In this document: positions 11,593-24,565 of the stretch, one piece after another
Numbering within the stretch: the stretch's first letter is position 1
Layout: each line of letters starts with the position of its first letter
Source of the DNA: Ginglymostoma cirratum
Taxonomy: Eukaryota
Length of the DNA: 64,000 nucleotides
NCBI GenBank assembly: GCA_024137785.1
Contig: JAHRHZ010000021.1
Span: 25,531,200 to 25,595,199 of the forward strand
Direction of reading: 5' to 3'
Notes under the pieces: generated by a model
Database searches by the model: none
Told to the model about the DNA's origin: nothing
Seen by the model: only the letters and a program-made list of their open reading frames with translations
Position numbers and translations under genes: made by a program

Positions 11593-12949
11593 CAACTGTT
11601 CAGAATTACGAGGTCAGGTGCATTTTAGTTAATGCAAATTTTTTTTATTATTTCATATTTGAACTTACTGTCAACTTTACACTGTAATGTCTTAGTATTT
11701 TTAGTGATTTTATAAATGTTTAACTTTGGGCAACATCCCACATCCTAATCTGTACTCTTGACATCTTTCAAGATGGACTATAATGGTGATGAACAACAAT
11801 GATGTTCTCAAACTGTTCCTGTGTATCTATTAAAGATTTATTTGTACTTCTTAACTCTATAACCACGTACAGATTAAGTGAAGAAATGAATTATCAGAAT
11901 TTAACTTACATTTCTGAAAGATTTTCAGATTGCCTTTATTGAAGTGCCAGAAGAATGTATGCTGTGGTCAAATTAGTCACTAATGTTTATCTTACAGAAA
12001 TAACTCATAATGGGTAGGAAGTACTTGTGGCAGTATATTTTTATTCAAAGAGTGGTATTCCCAACAGTCAGAGGCCAGGCATACTTTTTGAGTGGTGTTA
12101 CTGTAGTTAACTACAGAGAAGCCAAAGAAAAAGAATGGTAGACATGAATCACAGGGAGACAGAGATTGAAAATACTTCCCTGATCTATGTGAGGTTTCAT
12201 GAAGTCTACAACATCACCACAAGGCACATTCAGATCACACTGCTGCTGTCAACAGAACCTGAACTCAGTTCCCAACAGAAGCATTGTGCAAAGATATTTG
12301 ACATAATAAAGGGGTTGCCTAGCTGTGTGGAGCTTAAAGCAATTGCTTGGGAAATTTAGCAGTCTGGAAGTGTACCAGTGAGCTTGTGAATAAAGGAAAT
12401 GTTATTGTTAGTGATATAGGGTTGGATGTTCAGGAAGTCAGAAAGGCTCAATGAAGCAGTCAAAACTCAATGCTCGGATTCCTATGCCCAGTCCTAGTGT
12501 CCCCAATTTTAGCAGCAGTGAATAAGGGTGTGGGCTGGTCTGCGTCATAAGCCCACACCTTGTACTCCCAATTTAGCCACTTCCATTGCAGAGAAAGGCA
12601 TGTCCTAGCCTCTTATCATTTTTGTGCAGTTGGGTCAGCTTTTCAAGGAATTGTAATTAACAGCCCATTAGAATCATCAAAAGGTATATTTTTGGATGAG
12701 GAAACATATTGAAGATTTGTTCAAAAGATTTTGGCAATGCCTCTAATGTCCCTCTATCCACCCCTGTGACCCTATATTCTCCATACTAGTTTATGCCTTT
12801 CCAAATATTTCCATGGTCCTTCCTACCCTTTTTGCCCACCTATCACACTTCAATACTAATTCACTCAGTATACATTTGGAACAACACCAAGGAGCCAAAT
12901 GGCATATTTGAAAACATTGTAAAACTAGTCATTTATTCATAACTTATTT

Positions 12950-12997
12950 TTTATAATTATTATTAAAATAAATTAATTATTAAAATAATTATTAAAA
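12950..12997. repeat. AT-rich short tandem repeat (aattattaaaat-like units)
   Basis: tattattaaaataaattaattattaaaataattattaaaa. Confidence 0.6.
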
Positions 12998-14040
12998 CAC
13001 TGCTTTCATGACACCCTTTCAATGCGGCAAGAAATAGAATTTTAAAGTATCAAAGAGAGAAACTGCAAACACTTGACACCTTTTTAGCTTGTGTAAATAC
13101 ACAACGTACAGTTCTGAAATAGATCTAAGAGAAAAAGCTATCAATCAAGCAATATCACTCAGTGCTTCAACAAACTATTGGATGTATGGGCTCTAAGAAA
13201 AGAATGCAAATGGGGCTCGGCTGAAAGCTGAGGGGTGTGTGGAGGGACATGAGTTTGCTTGGCAGGGCATGGGAAACATGTGGAGGACAGTTGGTGCCCA
13301 ACTTTGGAACAAAAATTCTGCTCTTACTGATACATTCTCTTAAGGGAACCAAATATACCTGGGCATGATGAGCCAGGAAGTTCAATTACTCCTGCCACCA
13401 GCCTCTAAGATGAAAATACAATCCATAATTGTTTTAATATTATGAATTAACCAACTGCATAACTCCGGTGAGCACTGGTGTGCTGAACTTGCCAAGATAA
13501 AAATTAATCTAATTTTTTTTTATTTTGGCAAAATATATTGGCTGAGCAAACAGAATGATATGCAGTAACATCTGTTTATCTGGAAAGCTGTAAACATTGT
13601 CCAGTTGTGGCATTTATGATGTACAAATTGGTTTACATGATAGTAGGCTGCAACTTAATGATCTACAATGAATTAATCTAGTGAGAATTCAGATAGGTTG
13701 TAATGCAATGTGCAATCTGGAGTCAGGATAAGTTGATCTTGGCTAGCACTGGAAACAAGGTAATGGAGAGTTACTTTTACAGGGTTATGTCCATGTGTCA
13801 TTAATGCTAAAGAGAACATACAGGGAGGGATAGGATCTGAAGAGAGGAAGATATTGTGATTCAGTGAAGTAAAAATGCAGCTTGGAAAATGTGCTGCTTG
13901 ATACCTGCAAAGGAAGCCATAGACTTATGAAGATTATGTTTCTGAGACATGAATTTTAATACAGAATTGAGTTACCTAGATACTGTTTTACATTTGTTAA
14001 TACATTCAAACATTTTAACTAATGATGAAAAAAATGTGTA

Positions 14041-14273
14041 ATAACTGAAAGAACTGCAAATGCTGTAAATCAGAAACAAAAACAGAAATTGCTGGAAAAG
14101 CTGAGCAGGTCTGACAGCATCTGTGAAGAGAAATCAGACGTAATGTTTCGGGTCTGGTGACCCTCCCTCAGAACAGTTCTGAGGAAGAGTCACTGCACCG
14201 GAAACATTACGTCTGATTTCTCTTCACAGATGCTGCCAGACCTGTTCAGCTTTTCCAGCAATTTCTGTTTTTG
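14041..14273. mobile_element. Penelope-derived fold-back element, 98-bp arms with a 1-nt spacer and degenerate hammerhead motifs at the tip
   Basis: 14077-14174 and 14176-14273 are reverse complements centred on gaac-a-gttc; right arm gtt-CTGAGGA-agagtcactgcaccg-GAAA-catt. Confidence 0.85.
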
Positions 14274-15771
14274 ATAAAAATATATGTCCTTTTCTAAAGT
14301 TAATTGGATGTTCAACATCAGAGAACTTACTTTCTAGCATCTAGTCCTGTCACTTAGCCTGGCATTTTAAAAAAAAATATCCTTGTATTTTGTAATTTAT
14401 GAAGGCCATGATATATTGTTAAAGTATAATCCATTATTTAAGGATCCGTACAAGAAAACTAGATGACAGCTCCCTGTTGGTAGATAGTCCACTCCCATTC
14501 ATCTGAATGGTGAATACCACAAATATCATCATCTATTGCAGCAGTAAATATTGAAACTTCTGTCCTCACAGGAAATGTAAGACCTTTAAAACTGATAGAG
14601 TGATAAAGTTAAAGCATTTCCGCCAGAGAAAAGGGCAGCACTTTGTTTATATTCATTGCCGCACAAAAGTAATCTACAAATTTACATTGCAACATAATGA
14701 AAATTCAAAAAAAAACTTCATTATTGCTCTAAAGGCTATAGAAAATTCAAATGGTTTTGTTTATTCATAGTTGTTCAATACCATATCAGTCCTATACTGT
14801 AAGCCATTTCCAATCCCACTAAGATACAGGCTCTTGCTTTTAAACAAAACTTCTAATGGGTATAAATGGCAGATATGTATTGAAAAGAATCAGAAGAGCC
14901 TCCCTGAAGATGTGTCTCGGGCACCATAGTAACCAGACCTTAATCTATTCAGCATCTATGAATCACCTAAAAGAAGGAAAGGCAAAGTCAAAATTCTATA
15001 TAACAAGATTGGTTTTCCAGCCTTCTATGGATATATAAGTTTACGAAAATAATGCTCATAAAAGTAATTTGAGCATGATAAGCAAAGCAAAGTGAACAGA
15101 AGTCTTTTTGGAAACAGCAAAAAAAGGTTAAAGCTGTAACAAAATAATTTGAAAATTAAATTTCACACAAATAATTCAGGAAAAGTTAATCACCTAAAAT
15201 GTATGACTTATACTAAAATCATTTTAATCAGTTAATACTTGATTTTTAGATATTGCGATACACTTTCTATCATTGCATGAGACAGGAAAGAATGTTTTGG
15301 ATATTGGCTACCAATATGCAAAGCAAGAAGAGCATTATGGATAGAAACAGTGTTTTGGAGACACTTACGGATGCATAGCTACTTAACTTGCCTCAAGAAA
15401 TTCCATTGATTATTCAGTTTGAACTTTTTACAGTATCATAGAATTTTATAGTATTGAAGGAACCCATACAGTCCAGTCCACTTGTTTCAGCTATCCACTT
15501 AATCACATTTCTATGCCCTTTCACGGTCTTTCATATTTTCCCTTTTCAAATAATTATCTTTTTTTTATAGAAAATCTCACTTGCTCAGTAACCTTCAATC
15601 ATAGTATTTGTGGAACTGTTTCATGGTTGCTAATTCGCAAGCAAAAATAATAACATTTCACAATATTTTTATGGACCATTATATCTCACTAGTCACTTTT
15701 AAGTGTCACTGAAAATCGCAAGTTTAAATTTACAAAATAACCTGGCTCAATAATAAATGAAGTAATCTTAT

Positions 15772-15785
15772 GTTGCCATGGAAAC
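15772..15785. promoter_or_regulatory. RFX X-box motif
   Basis: GTTGCCATGGAAAC matches the X-box consensus GTTNCC-AT-GGNAAC and lies in repeat-free, CpG-retaining sequence; motif match only, binding not shown. Confidence 0.5.
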
Positions 15786-16699
15786 TGTAATTTCATGCTT
15801 TTTTGAAAACATGACACGAGCTTAAATGAGAAAACTATCATAGCAGTTCTTTACCCAGTTAGTTTTAATACTGACATTCGTCATTTTCATTACAGCAATG
15901 AATGCAAAACTAATGATTTATCCTTTGTTGTGTTGCACGAAATTTACAATGCCTTTCTTACACTCCCTACATACATAATTTAAAGCCAGTGAAAATTATG
16001 CTGTCCCAAGACGTTGTAACTTGAATTACAAAAGACTACTCACGCTTTAAGATTGCAGTGATCTGCCCAGTTAACAACCTAAATGAGAAAAAAAAACGTC
16101 ATTCTGAAGCTGCAATGACCAGAATGAAAATGTACAAACAATAAATAATTTAAAGTGTTGCAACACAAACACATTAATCCCTTAGGGCCACTACCACATT
16201 TGTAATGAATGTCAATTTTGACACGTTAACTTCCCAATTGAGAATCCCAGATACAGTTCAATGGACTCTCAGTAAACGGTGCAATTTTCTTATACTCTGC
16301 AACCAGCAGCAGTACGATTCATTCACCACTAGGCGCCTCTCTTGTTACATGCATTTTGTTTGCTTGAATTTTTTTTTGCTTATTGTCGTACTAAGAAACA
16401 TGAAACACTGCTGGTGCTTTCGTTTGCAATTGTTCTGTATTAACGTAAGTTGAATATTCCTTGATATTTACACAAAGCTTTCATGTTTTATTCTCACTTC
16501 TCACTATTACAACAAAGAGGAGGATTTAAGCTCAACTTGAAAATGACTAATGTTACCTACTCCATATCTCAATGCTATTTTTCTCCCCCACTTCGATGTA
16601 TCCTTAGTTTGAGAGATCAAGATGGCTGGATTATGGACTCCTCACATGAACAAGTGGCTAGTCTCTACATCGTCCAAGGTGCTGCATAGTTATTGAATC

Positions 16700-17100
16700 A
16701 CAATGGTTTCACTCTGGTCTCTGAGTCCCAGGTTTGTCGATTTGAATGCTCTTCCTCAACTTTGATTGTTAAAAAAAGCAAATCTGGCACCCTCAGTGCA
16801 AAACTGAAGAAGCTCTACGCTTTTGGAGGTGCTAACTTTAGATAGGGTGAATTATGCTGAGGGTCCATCTGCCTTTCTGGATATATAAAATATTATTGTT
16901 GCAATCATTTTTGTGAAGTAACAGATGGCCAATATTTATCCCTCAAAAATTAGATTATCAGATCATTATCACATTGCAGTCTGTGGGACCTTGCTGTGTA
17001 CAAATTGGCTCATACACTACAACAGGGACTATACTTCACAAATATTTAATTGGTTGCTAAATGTTTCAGGATGTTGTGTGGCATGTGTTGCATAAATACA
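16700..17100 (+). mobile_element. Deu-domain tRNA-SINE (SacSINE1-like)
   Basis: Head actctggtctctgagtcc, Deu-like core ctcagtgca..ggaggtgc..ggccaatatttatccctcaa..agattatc..tcattatcacattgc..tgtgggaccttgctgtg.caaattggct, L2-like tail; second copy at 41240-41520. Confidence 0.7.
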
Positions 17101-17149
17101 TATATTGTTATCCTTCATGAGGGTCATAAAATCAAGATTTAGATTGGTT

Positions 17150-17390
17150 TGGATTTTAGATCCTGATTTGATTGGTGAGATATTCTGATTCTTTTTTCTT
17201 AGCTGTCTCATTACCATCTCCTTATGTCTTTTACCATCATCCCTTTACAAATATAATTTCAACTGTCTTTCACCCTATCACAGATCTCTTTGTTATTTCT
17301 ACCTCGGCGTTTCCCCCCACCAATGCCCTTTTCCCAGCCTCTGTACTTGCCAAATATCTTTTTTCCACTTATGCTGAGACTTCATCAATA
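17150..17390 (+). mobile_element. Penelope-like element pyrimidine-rich 3' UTR fragment
   Basis: ctcattaccatctcc..accatcatcccttt..caccctatcacagatct..cagcctctgtacttgc, recognised as the region upstream of the hammerhead in shark PLEs. Confidence 0.45.
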
Positions 17391-17399
17391 GGAGCCAAT

Positions 17400-18050
17400 A
17401 TGCAGATAATACATTGTATTCAGAAGTCATGACCATTTCCTGGTCCCAACTTCACACATGTCTACTGAGCAGTCTCTAATGCGATCTTTTGTTAATTACT
17501 TCCATAGCTCAGATCCAATTACGGGTTCCTGAGCTGGCAGGCTCAATCAGATGGTCAGCAGGCCCCAAGGAGGAAAGTGCTATTGAAACTGGCAGGAGGA
17601 ACATGTACATGTCAAGGCGTTCTTGGGAGTGAGGTGAAAATATTGAAAGCGAAAGAGCTCAAAGCTGGGAAGCTCTTCAGAATGGAGAGAATATCCCTCT
17701 GGAAGATTTATTTCAGCCATGAGTGCAGCCTTTCATCCCAACAGCCCATTATTTGGATGTAAGGCCTTCAATGTGATGGCCCCTCAGCCCCTTGACGGGA
17801 GACCGCCTCCAAAGAGTTGCTAGGCTTCGAACCGATTGTGGTGCACGGTCAAACCAACAAGGTTCCAGTGGCATTGTCATCATCGCCCATTAATTATCTC
17901 ATTGGCTTTACCCAGCCCTGCCAGGCAGTAAGCCCTTGTCATTCAACTACCTCCAGCAAAGTCACTGGGAGCTGGGAACATGGGACAGTGACCAGATACA
18001 CCAATTCCAATTTTGTTCCCCCATCTCACTTCAAACTTAACACACAATAT
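17400..18050. repeat. GC-richer non-autonomous DNA-transposon-like repeat (probably PIF/Harbinger-derived)
   Basis: Shares a degenerate palindromic core (gagctggcaggctcaatcagatggtcagcag) with 44170-44225 (ctgctggccaatctgattactagcag) and 47745-47775; similar blocks at 2200-2740, 25245-25620 and 61950-62420. Confidence 0.35.
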
Positions 18051-19232
18051 CTTTCAAAATGAAGGATGTGTTTGATTCTGAATTCTGACCGTGTCTAATT
18101 TCTAGAGAGGTTTTCATGTTGGTCAGTGAACTCACATCAAGGAGATCACACTAGCACCTTCTAAAACACTCCCAGTAGAATTTTACAACTTGAAAGGACT
18201 TTAAAAACAGACTTGAAAAACATTAAACACTTGTAAAATTATCACAACCAAAAAAGTCAACAAGCAATTCATTAGAACTTTTGTACAGTCCCTTTAATGA
18301 TGTTGGTTGGAGGTTCTTTCCTGCTCTTTAGCTTGTATTCAGCTTTGTGGGGTTAACAAAAAACATTAGCTGTAGCAGTGAGCTTTAAAATGCTAGCATA
18401 GACATTAAAACAGCATTGCATTTTGATTGGCATCATTATATGTATACCTTGCATTGTTCTGCTGGGCATTAGTTGTGTAAGAGCAAGTGCCCTTACCAAG
18501 ATGGAGTCTGATGTGATTTGCAGCAGAACTGTACATGTATATATTGGATGCTATTTTGGTCCTTAATAGCACCCAAGAAACAGCTACTAAGTCCAATTCT
18601 GTGCCCGTTGGCTCCTTAAAGCCATCACGTTACTACTTGACCAGGTCAGGCTGTGATTACTGAAACAAATGAGGCTATTTTCATTTCCTAAGTCAAATCT
18701 GTCAAATAAACTGCTGCTATCTTTTAAAAATTACAATCATACCAATGTAAGCAACGTAAGATTTATTTAATTATGCTGTTTCTGATTAATGAAAACAAAT
18801 CTATTTAAAATTTTTGTGATTAACATTTTAATATTTGTGATTTTTTTCATCACAGAACCACCAAGGCATTTTTGCTTTTCTGACATGCAAGAGACACAGC
18901 TTCAACCAAATATGATTGCATGAGGCGCAGGAAAATATTTTTTTAATAACTGTCCTTAAAAATGTCGTCCTAAAAATAATATGTGACTGCCATGAAGTTA
19001 ATTGCAAAAATCGTAGTTTTATAATGTGCATACAATTACTTGGTCTGATATCTTCTGACTTGCTTTCCACCAGCCTTCTTCGTCCAACTTGAAGTCTGAT
19101 CAAAAAGGCTTTCCTTGGTTGCCTTGATCTAATTCATCCATGACCATTTCCGACTCTACAATGGCTTCAACTGACCATTCCATGACCACCAAGAACTTTC
19201 AATTGCTATCCCTAACTGTCAGTTAACAAATT

Positions 19233-19537
19233 ACGGTGGCTCAGTGGTTACCGTTGCGGCCTCACAGCTCCAGGGACCCGGGTTCGATTCCACCCTTGGG
19301 CGACTGTCTGTGTGGAGTTTGCACATTCTCCCTGTGTCTGTGTGGGTTTTCTCTGGGTGCTGCGGTTTACTCCCACAGTCCAAAGATGTGCAGGCTAGAT
19401 GGATTGGCCATACTAAATTGCCTATAGTGTTCAGGGATGTGTAGATTAGGCGGATGGATCTGGGTGGGATGCAGTGAGGGTTAGTATGGACTTGTTGGGC
19501 TGAAGAGCCTGTTTCCATACTGTAGGGATTCTGTGAT
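19233..19537 (+). mobile_element. HE1-type V-SINE
   Basis: tRNA head with A box (tggctcagtgg) and B box (ggttcgattcc), V-domain tgtggagtttgcacattctccc...tcccacagtccaaaga, CR1-derived tail gggctgaagagcctgtttccatactgtagggattct. Confidence 0.92.
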
Positions 19538-19599
19538 GACTTCGCTAAATCGGACAAAGTAAAAGCTTTATCAATTTCAATCTTACAAATGGACGAGTT

Positions 19600-20452
19600 T
19601 GAAAAAGTAAAGCAAACAGAGAAAATTCACATTTTACTGTCTTTCAGTTGAAAAGAAATGACTTGCGCCTTGATTTCAGGAAAAAGCATGGTTAAAATTC
19701 TGTCAACAGATCTTGCTCCCTCTCAGAGTCAGTCAGATGGATTTGGGCAGGAAGATGGAAAACAGGAACTGCTATGCCAAGCAGAAAAGAAAAATACTAA
19801 TTTTAGTTGACCACCAAGTGGGATGTTGGGGGGGACAGATTCCTTTTTTGAAGAGACGAACTTTGTGAAGACATAAGTACCAAGGAAGTACCAGAGATAC
19901 CATGTGACTGAAAGTTCATTAGTTTATTCTCAACTGATTGAGTGAAAGGACTTTCTTTTAACAGGACACAGGAATATTCTCAATGGGGCAGGGCGAAAAG
20001 ATTCTGTTAAAACCAGTAGGAGTTTGGGACTTTAAACGTAATGCTGAGAGGTGCCAGTGTAATGTCTAAATGTGGCGTGACGTTTTCAGTTTTGTTAAAA
20101 AATTCAAGGGGAGTAACTTTTCTGTAATTTAGAGTGTGCCTGTTGCCTACTAAGTAATGCTTTATTGATCTAACAGTCAAAGTTTAAAACATGAAATCTT
20201 TTCTTGCGATTCTCTTCATCACTGGGAAGCTCATACATAGAGTCATACAGCACGGAAACAGACCTTTTGGTATAACCAGTCCATGCTGAACATAAACCCA
20301 AGCTAAATTAGTTCCACCTGCATGCTCCTGGCCCATATCCCTCCAAAACTTTCCTATTCATGTATCTATCCAGATTTCTTTTAAAAGATGTAATTGTCCC
20401 TGCACCCACCACTTCACTTTTGAAGTTATCATTTTCTATGGGGATCATATCA
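19600..20452 (+). mobile_element. Solo LTR (5' boundary approximate) interrupted by a CR1 fragment
   Basis: 3' end ttaaaacatgaaatctt..tcactgggaa[CR1]..gaagttatc..gatcatatca aligns with 29540-29632 (ttaaaagtttcaaatcct..tcactgggaattc..aaagttatc..gattataaca). Confidence 0.5.
20233..20415 (-). mobile_element. CR1 3' end fragment
   Basis: catagagtcatacagcacggaaacagacc...; same subfamily as 24566-25235. Confidence 0.85.
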
Positions 20453-20504
20453 CAGAATAGATGTTTTCAGAATTGATGGTGCATTTGTGTTTCACTGGTT
20501 GCCT

Positions 20505-20600
20505 CATAGAATCATAGAATCCCTATAGTACAGATAAAGGCTATTCAGCCCATTGGGTCTGCACGGACCCTCCGAAGAGCATCCCGCCCCTGCCTTCTGC
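20505..20600 (-). mobile_element. HE1/CR1 3' tail fragment
   Basis: catagaatcatagaatccctatagtacagataaaggctattcagccc resembles the reverse complement of the HE1 tail. Confidence 0.7.
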
Positions 20601-23600
20601 CATTGCTTTATTGCTATAGTAACATAGAAATCACCTTTGTGATCTACGAGAAACCTTAGTCCCGTGAGAATATGTACATCACCATTACCAGAAGGTTCAC
20701 ATCTCTTCTGTCCATCAGTCCCTTAGCTGTCCACAACTTACTGACCTCTCCCTCAAAGTTTAGCTTAGTATCAATAACCATTTGGCCTGAGGCCTGGAAG
20801 TAAACGACTCCCAATCAACCCGTGAACCTACCTCCTGCCCCTCTGCTTGGTGCCAGAAGTCGTACAGATCTTTCCTTCAGTTTTAGGCAGAATGCAGGTG
20901 TTCGTTTGTCCTGGGAGTATAATCTCCCAGGGCTTATATTGCAGACAACCAAGCAGTATCCCATTTACTTTGGTGTCACACTGATTATACAGCTCCTTAG
21001 TTTCACTGCACTGTCCCTTTACTTTCAACACTTCATCACATCAAATATCCAGAAGCTGTTAAATGAAAATGTTGCAAATACTGATGAGCAGAGGAATTCT
21101 ACCATCTCCCAAGGGCTTATTTACAATGAGCATGTGAATTTGACTTGCATTTTTTTCGCTGCTAGCTTTTTGGAAGCCAGTCATGTTACTTAACCTATTG
21201 GAAAATTAAATGCAACTCTTTATGACATTTACAATCAGTATTAACTTTGTTTCCTAAGCTTTGAGCAATTATCAAGCTTCCTGTTTAAGTGTTTTGTGCT
21301 TTGTATTTTTGCATTTACACAGTTAGGTTATCATATCTGAATAAAGTGATTTTCTCTTAGAAGAAAAGCAACATCCAATTAGAATAAAGAACACTATCAC
21401 TCAACATGACATGACACTCAGAAAATGCTAGGAGCAGCAGAAGCAGCAGAATTGAACTGTTCCATTCTGCAGAGGAGTACAAAGCAAAGAAACAGTGAAT
21501 AATCACTAGATACCATAAAGGGAATTTAAACCTATGGATTGCATCAGGAACAAATCCACTGAGCAGTTTACTAACTTAATATGCTGTGGCTTTCTGCACT
21601 TAATTAATAATTATGTCAAATAGAATTTCCTTTCAGGAAAGGTTTGTAAATTTCCATACCTTCCTAGTTCATTCAAAGTCCTAAAAGTAAATTCAGTTAT
21701 AACTGAACACTGCTACTGGCTGTGATCTCATAGGTAATTTTCCAAAAATAAACTGTAATTGATTTTGTGACACTATATTGTATTATGAATTGTATTATCT
21801 TTCAAACAAAACCTCTAAAGAATCTATCAAAAACTTATCCACAGGAAAGTTAAGCATGTTAAGAAAATAACTTGCTGTTTTGAATTATCAGTTACTTCTG
21901 TTAGTTTTTCTAGTTTTAGATCTTACAGATATAATGGTGAAGAAAGTATCATTTAATATTAATCATTTTAAGATAGAAGACATAGACTTAAAAATTGTCA
22001 TGCTGTCCCTAGAAATATAAAATTTGTATTTTTTGGCAACTGAACCAGAATGAAGTACTGATACACAAAGTTATGATTTATAAAGCCATTAGGCCTTCCT
22101 CGATTTTCAGATTTCATCATCAGTTGTTTGCTTTATTTACTTCCTGCTTACTTCCCTCTCTTTAACATTTCTCAGGCCATGAGGTCAAAACTGAAATCCA
22201 GCAAATTGATTCTAAAATCTATAAATGCATGGAAATCAGTTGCTAATTTCTTGTGAGGAAATCTCAACCACTGAGATAACCATAGGACATCTTATCTACA
22301 TTTGATGTAATGAGAAATAATCAGGAAAAATGTCAAAACTTGTTAAAATTATCCAAGCTTTATTACTATGAGTAAAATGTGGCTACAATATTCAGGATGT
22401 TAAAAAAATACGTAAAGCACAGAACTGCATAGTAATTAACTTAGATGTTGGGGTAAAGCTTCAAGAATGCAAACAATGTTTATTTAAGTGGTAGGTATAG
22501 GCTTCAGGGAAAATGCATCAGTGATCTAGAATCTGAAAGAAAATTCATACAGTTAATAACTAAATGCAGGTTACATCTAGTAACAAGTGGTTTACATATG
22601 GTCATATCTTCAGAAGGTAATTGGTAAGATTCTGTATCTCAAAGTTTTGCAAAAGATAAAGGCAAATGGAATTAATCCCCAGTTGATTCACTTTAAATTT
22701 AACTTCATAATAGAAACCAAAAAATGGTGATGATAAACGGGACAAGACTGATGGAGTCCTGCAGGGATATGTTCCCTGTCTTCTATGTTCATAAATGAAA
22801 TAGTACTAAGTTTCCTAGTTCTGTACTTTGTTATGGTCTATGAAGGAGGTTTACTCAGTGACAGACATCAAATGTTTGTACATGCAGTTATAGAAGAAGT
22901 GTTCTGTACAAATTGGATTTGTTTCAATACTGTTGAGAAGCATGGTTAAATACTACCTTTGGTGATAGAACTGTGTTTCTCTTTCTCTCTCCCCTTCTCT
23001 GTCTCTCTCTGTCCCCGCCCCTCCCTCTTTCTATCTGTTTTGCAGCCAATAAGCAGAAATGAAAAGAGAATGCAAGAAACCACAATACTGGGTAAGCAGG
23101 TAGGGAAGGAACAAAAGGATAACAGAAATCAACTGGGGGAAAAAAAGGAAAAACAGTGAGGAAATAGAATATTAACATAATTGTTAAAATCCATTTGAAT
23201 CAAAATGTTCTCTTAACAGCCTAAACTTCTTCTGTCCAAACAGATCTACAGCTTGTAACCGGTCAGATGTGTGATTTGTTTTCCATAATGAATTATACCA
23301 ATTGGAGAAAAAAAATCCAGAACCATCCTTAAAAAATCAGAATATAATTTCTTATATAAATCCCAGATGAAATCATCAGGTCAATTCTCTTATTGACACC
23401 AACACAAAACAGTATGTTAGTGTGTGAGTTGGGTAGAGGACTGTATTATGGGATCCCTACCTCTCCAAGTTTGAGTGTACCTTTTGGAATTAAAGCTTGA
23501 TTTTAATGTGCAAATTCAAAACAAAACAAAGCATTCAATTCCTCTGTATAAAACAAAAGGGCAGTTAAGGTTCAGCTCTGAAGAAATGGGCTGTATAAGA

Positions 23601-23967
23601 TAAAATTGTAGGGTTCTGGATACGTGCACCTTTTTTTTGCAATGTTATTTTGAATTTTACTTGTTGCAATGTTCTATTCTTTGTTTTTGTAAATCTGCTT
23701 CGGATCTGTGTAGGAAAGCCCAAGGACAAACATGTTGATCAGTTATGCCTAACTAGGTGTTTAGAGATGGAGTCATGCTGGAATTTCACCTGCTCCAAGC
23801 CATAACTACTCAAAGTCTTCTCCTAAACTAAAGATCACTGTTCATTTTGTTCTGTTATCTGTAATGGCTGTCCCTTCAGGGAAATCAGTTTTCTCAAAAG
23901 TGGCACGTATGACATGGATATGCTGTTTCGTCAATCCACCTGTATCATCAGTAAGGAGTTAAACAGT

Positions 23968-24552
23968 TATAGAGTCATAGAGTTATACAGCACAGAAACA
24001 GACTCTTCAGTCCAGCTCGTCCAGATATCCTAAGCTGATCTAGTCCCATTTGCCAGCATTTCGCCCATATTCCCGTAAACCCTTTACATTCATGTACCCA
24101 TTCAGGTGCCTTTAAACGTTGTAATTGTACCCACCTCCACCACTTCGTCTGGCAGCTCACTCCATACACAGGCCACCCTCAGTGTGAAAAGATTACCCCT
24201 CAGATCCTTTTCAAATCTTTCCCCTTTCACCTTAAACCTGTGCCCTCTAGTTTTGGACTCCCATATCCTAGGAAAAAGACCTTGGTATTCACTCTACCCA
24301 AGCCCTTCTTGATTTTATAAACCAGTATAAGATTACTTCTCAGCCTCCGATAGTCTAGGGAAAATAGCCCCAGCCTATTCAGTCTCTCCCTCTAGCTCAA
24401 ACCCTCCAACCCTGGCAACATCCTTGTAAATCTTTTCTGAACCCTTTCAGGTTTAACAACATATTTCCTATAGTAGAGAGATTAGAACTGAACAGTATTC
24501 TAAAAGTGGCCTAATCGATGTCCTGTACAGCCATGACGTGACATCCTAACGC
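23968..24552 (-). mobile_element. CR1 LINE 3' fragment
   Basis: (TCTATGAC)-type tail at about 23970; reverse strand encodes QKRFTRMLPGLEGLS.RERLNRLGLFSL and RGHRFKVKGERFE. Confidence 0.9.
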
Positions 24553-24565
24553 TGTTTAGCAGTTT

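Noticed and set aside
14466-14482. CTCF-like motif (CCAACAGGGAGCTG on the minus strand); similar weak matches near 16325 and 57785
   Set aside because: Several mismatches to consensus; expected by chance in 64 kb
19233-19300. tRNA-like A and B boxes (also 59346-59415)
   Set aside because: SINE heads that continue into the V-domain and LINE tail; not tRNA genes
20831-21055. Minus-strand segment with good acceptor and donor sites, overlapping a 123-aa plus-strand ORF
   Set aside because: All three frames after the acceptor contain stops and neither peptide is recognisable; only a non-coding exon remains possible
22176-22256. Strong plus-strand acceptor (long pyrimidine tract + ctcag)
   Set aside because: No convincing donor and no recognisable peptide; every frame reaches a stop within about 80 nt
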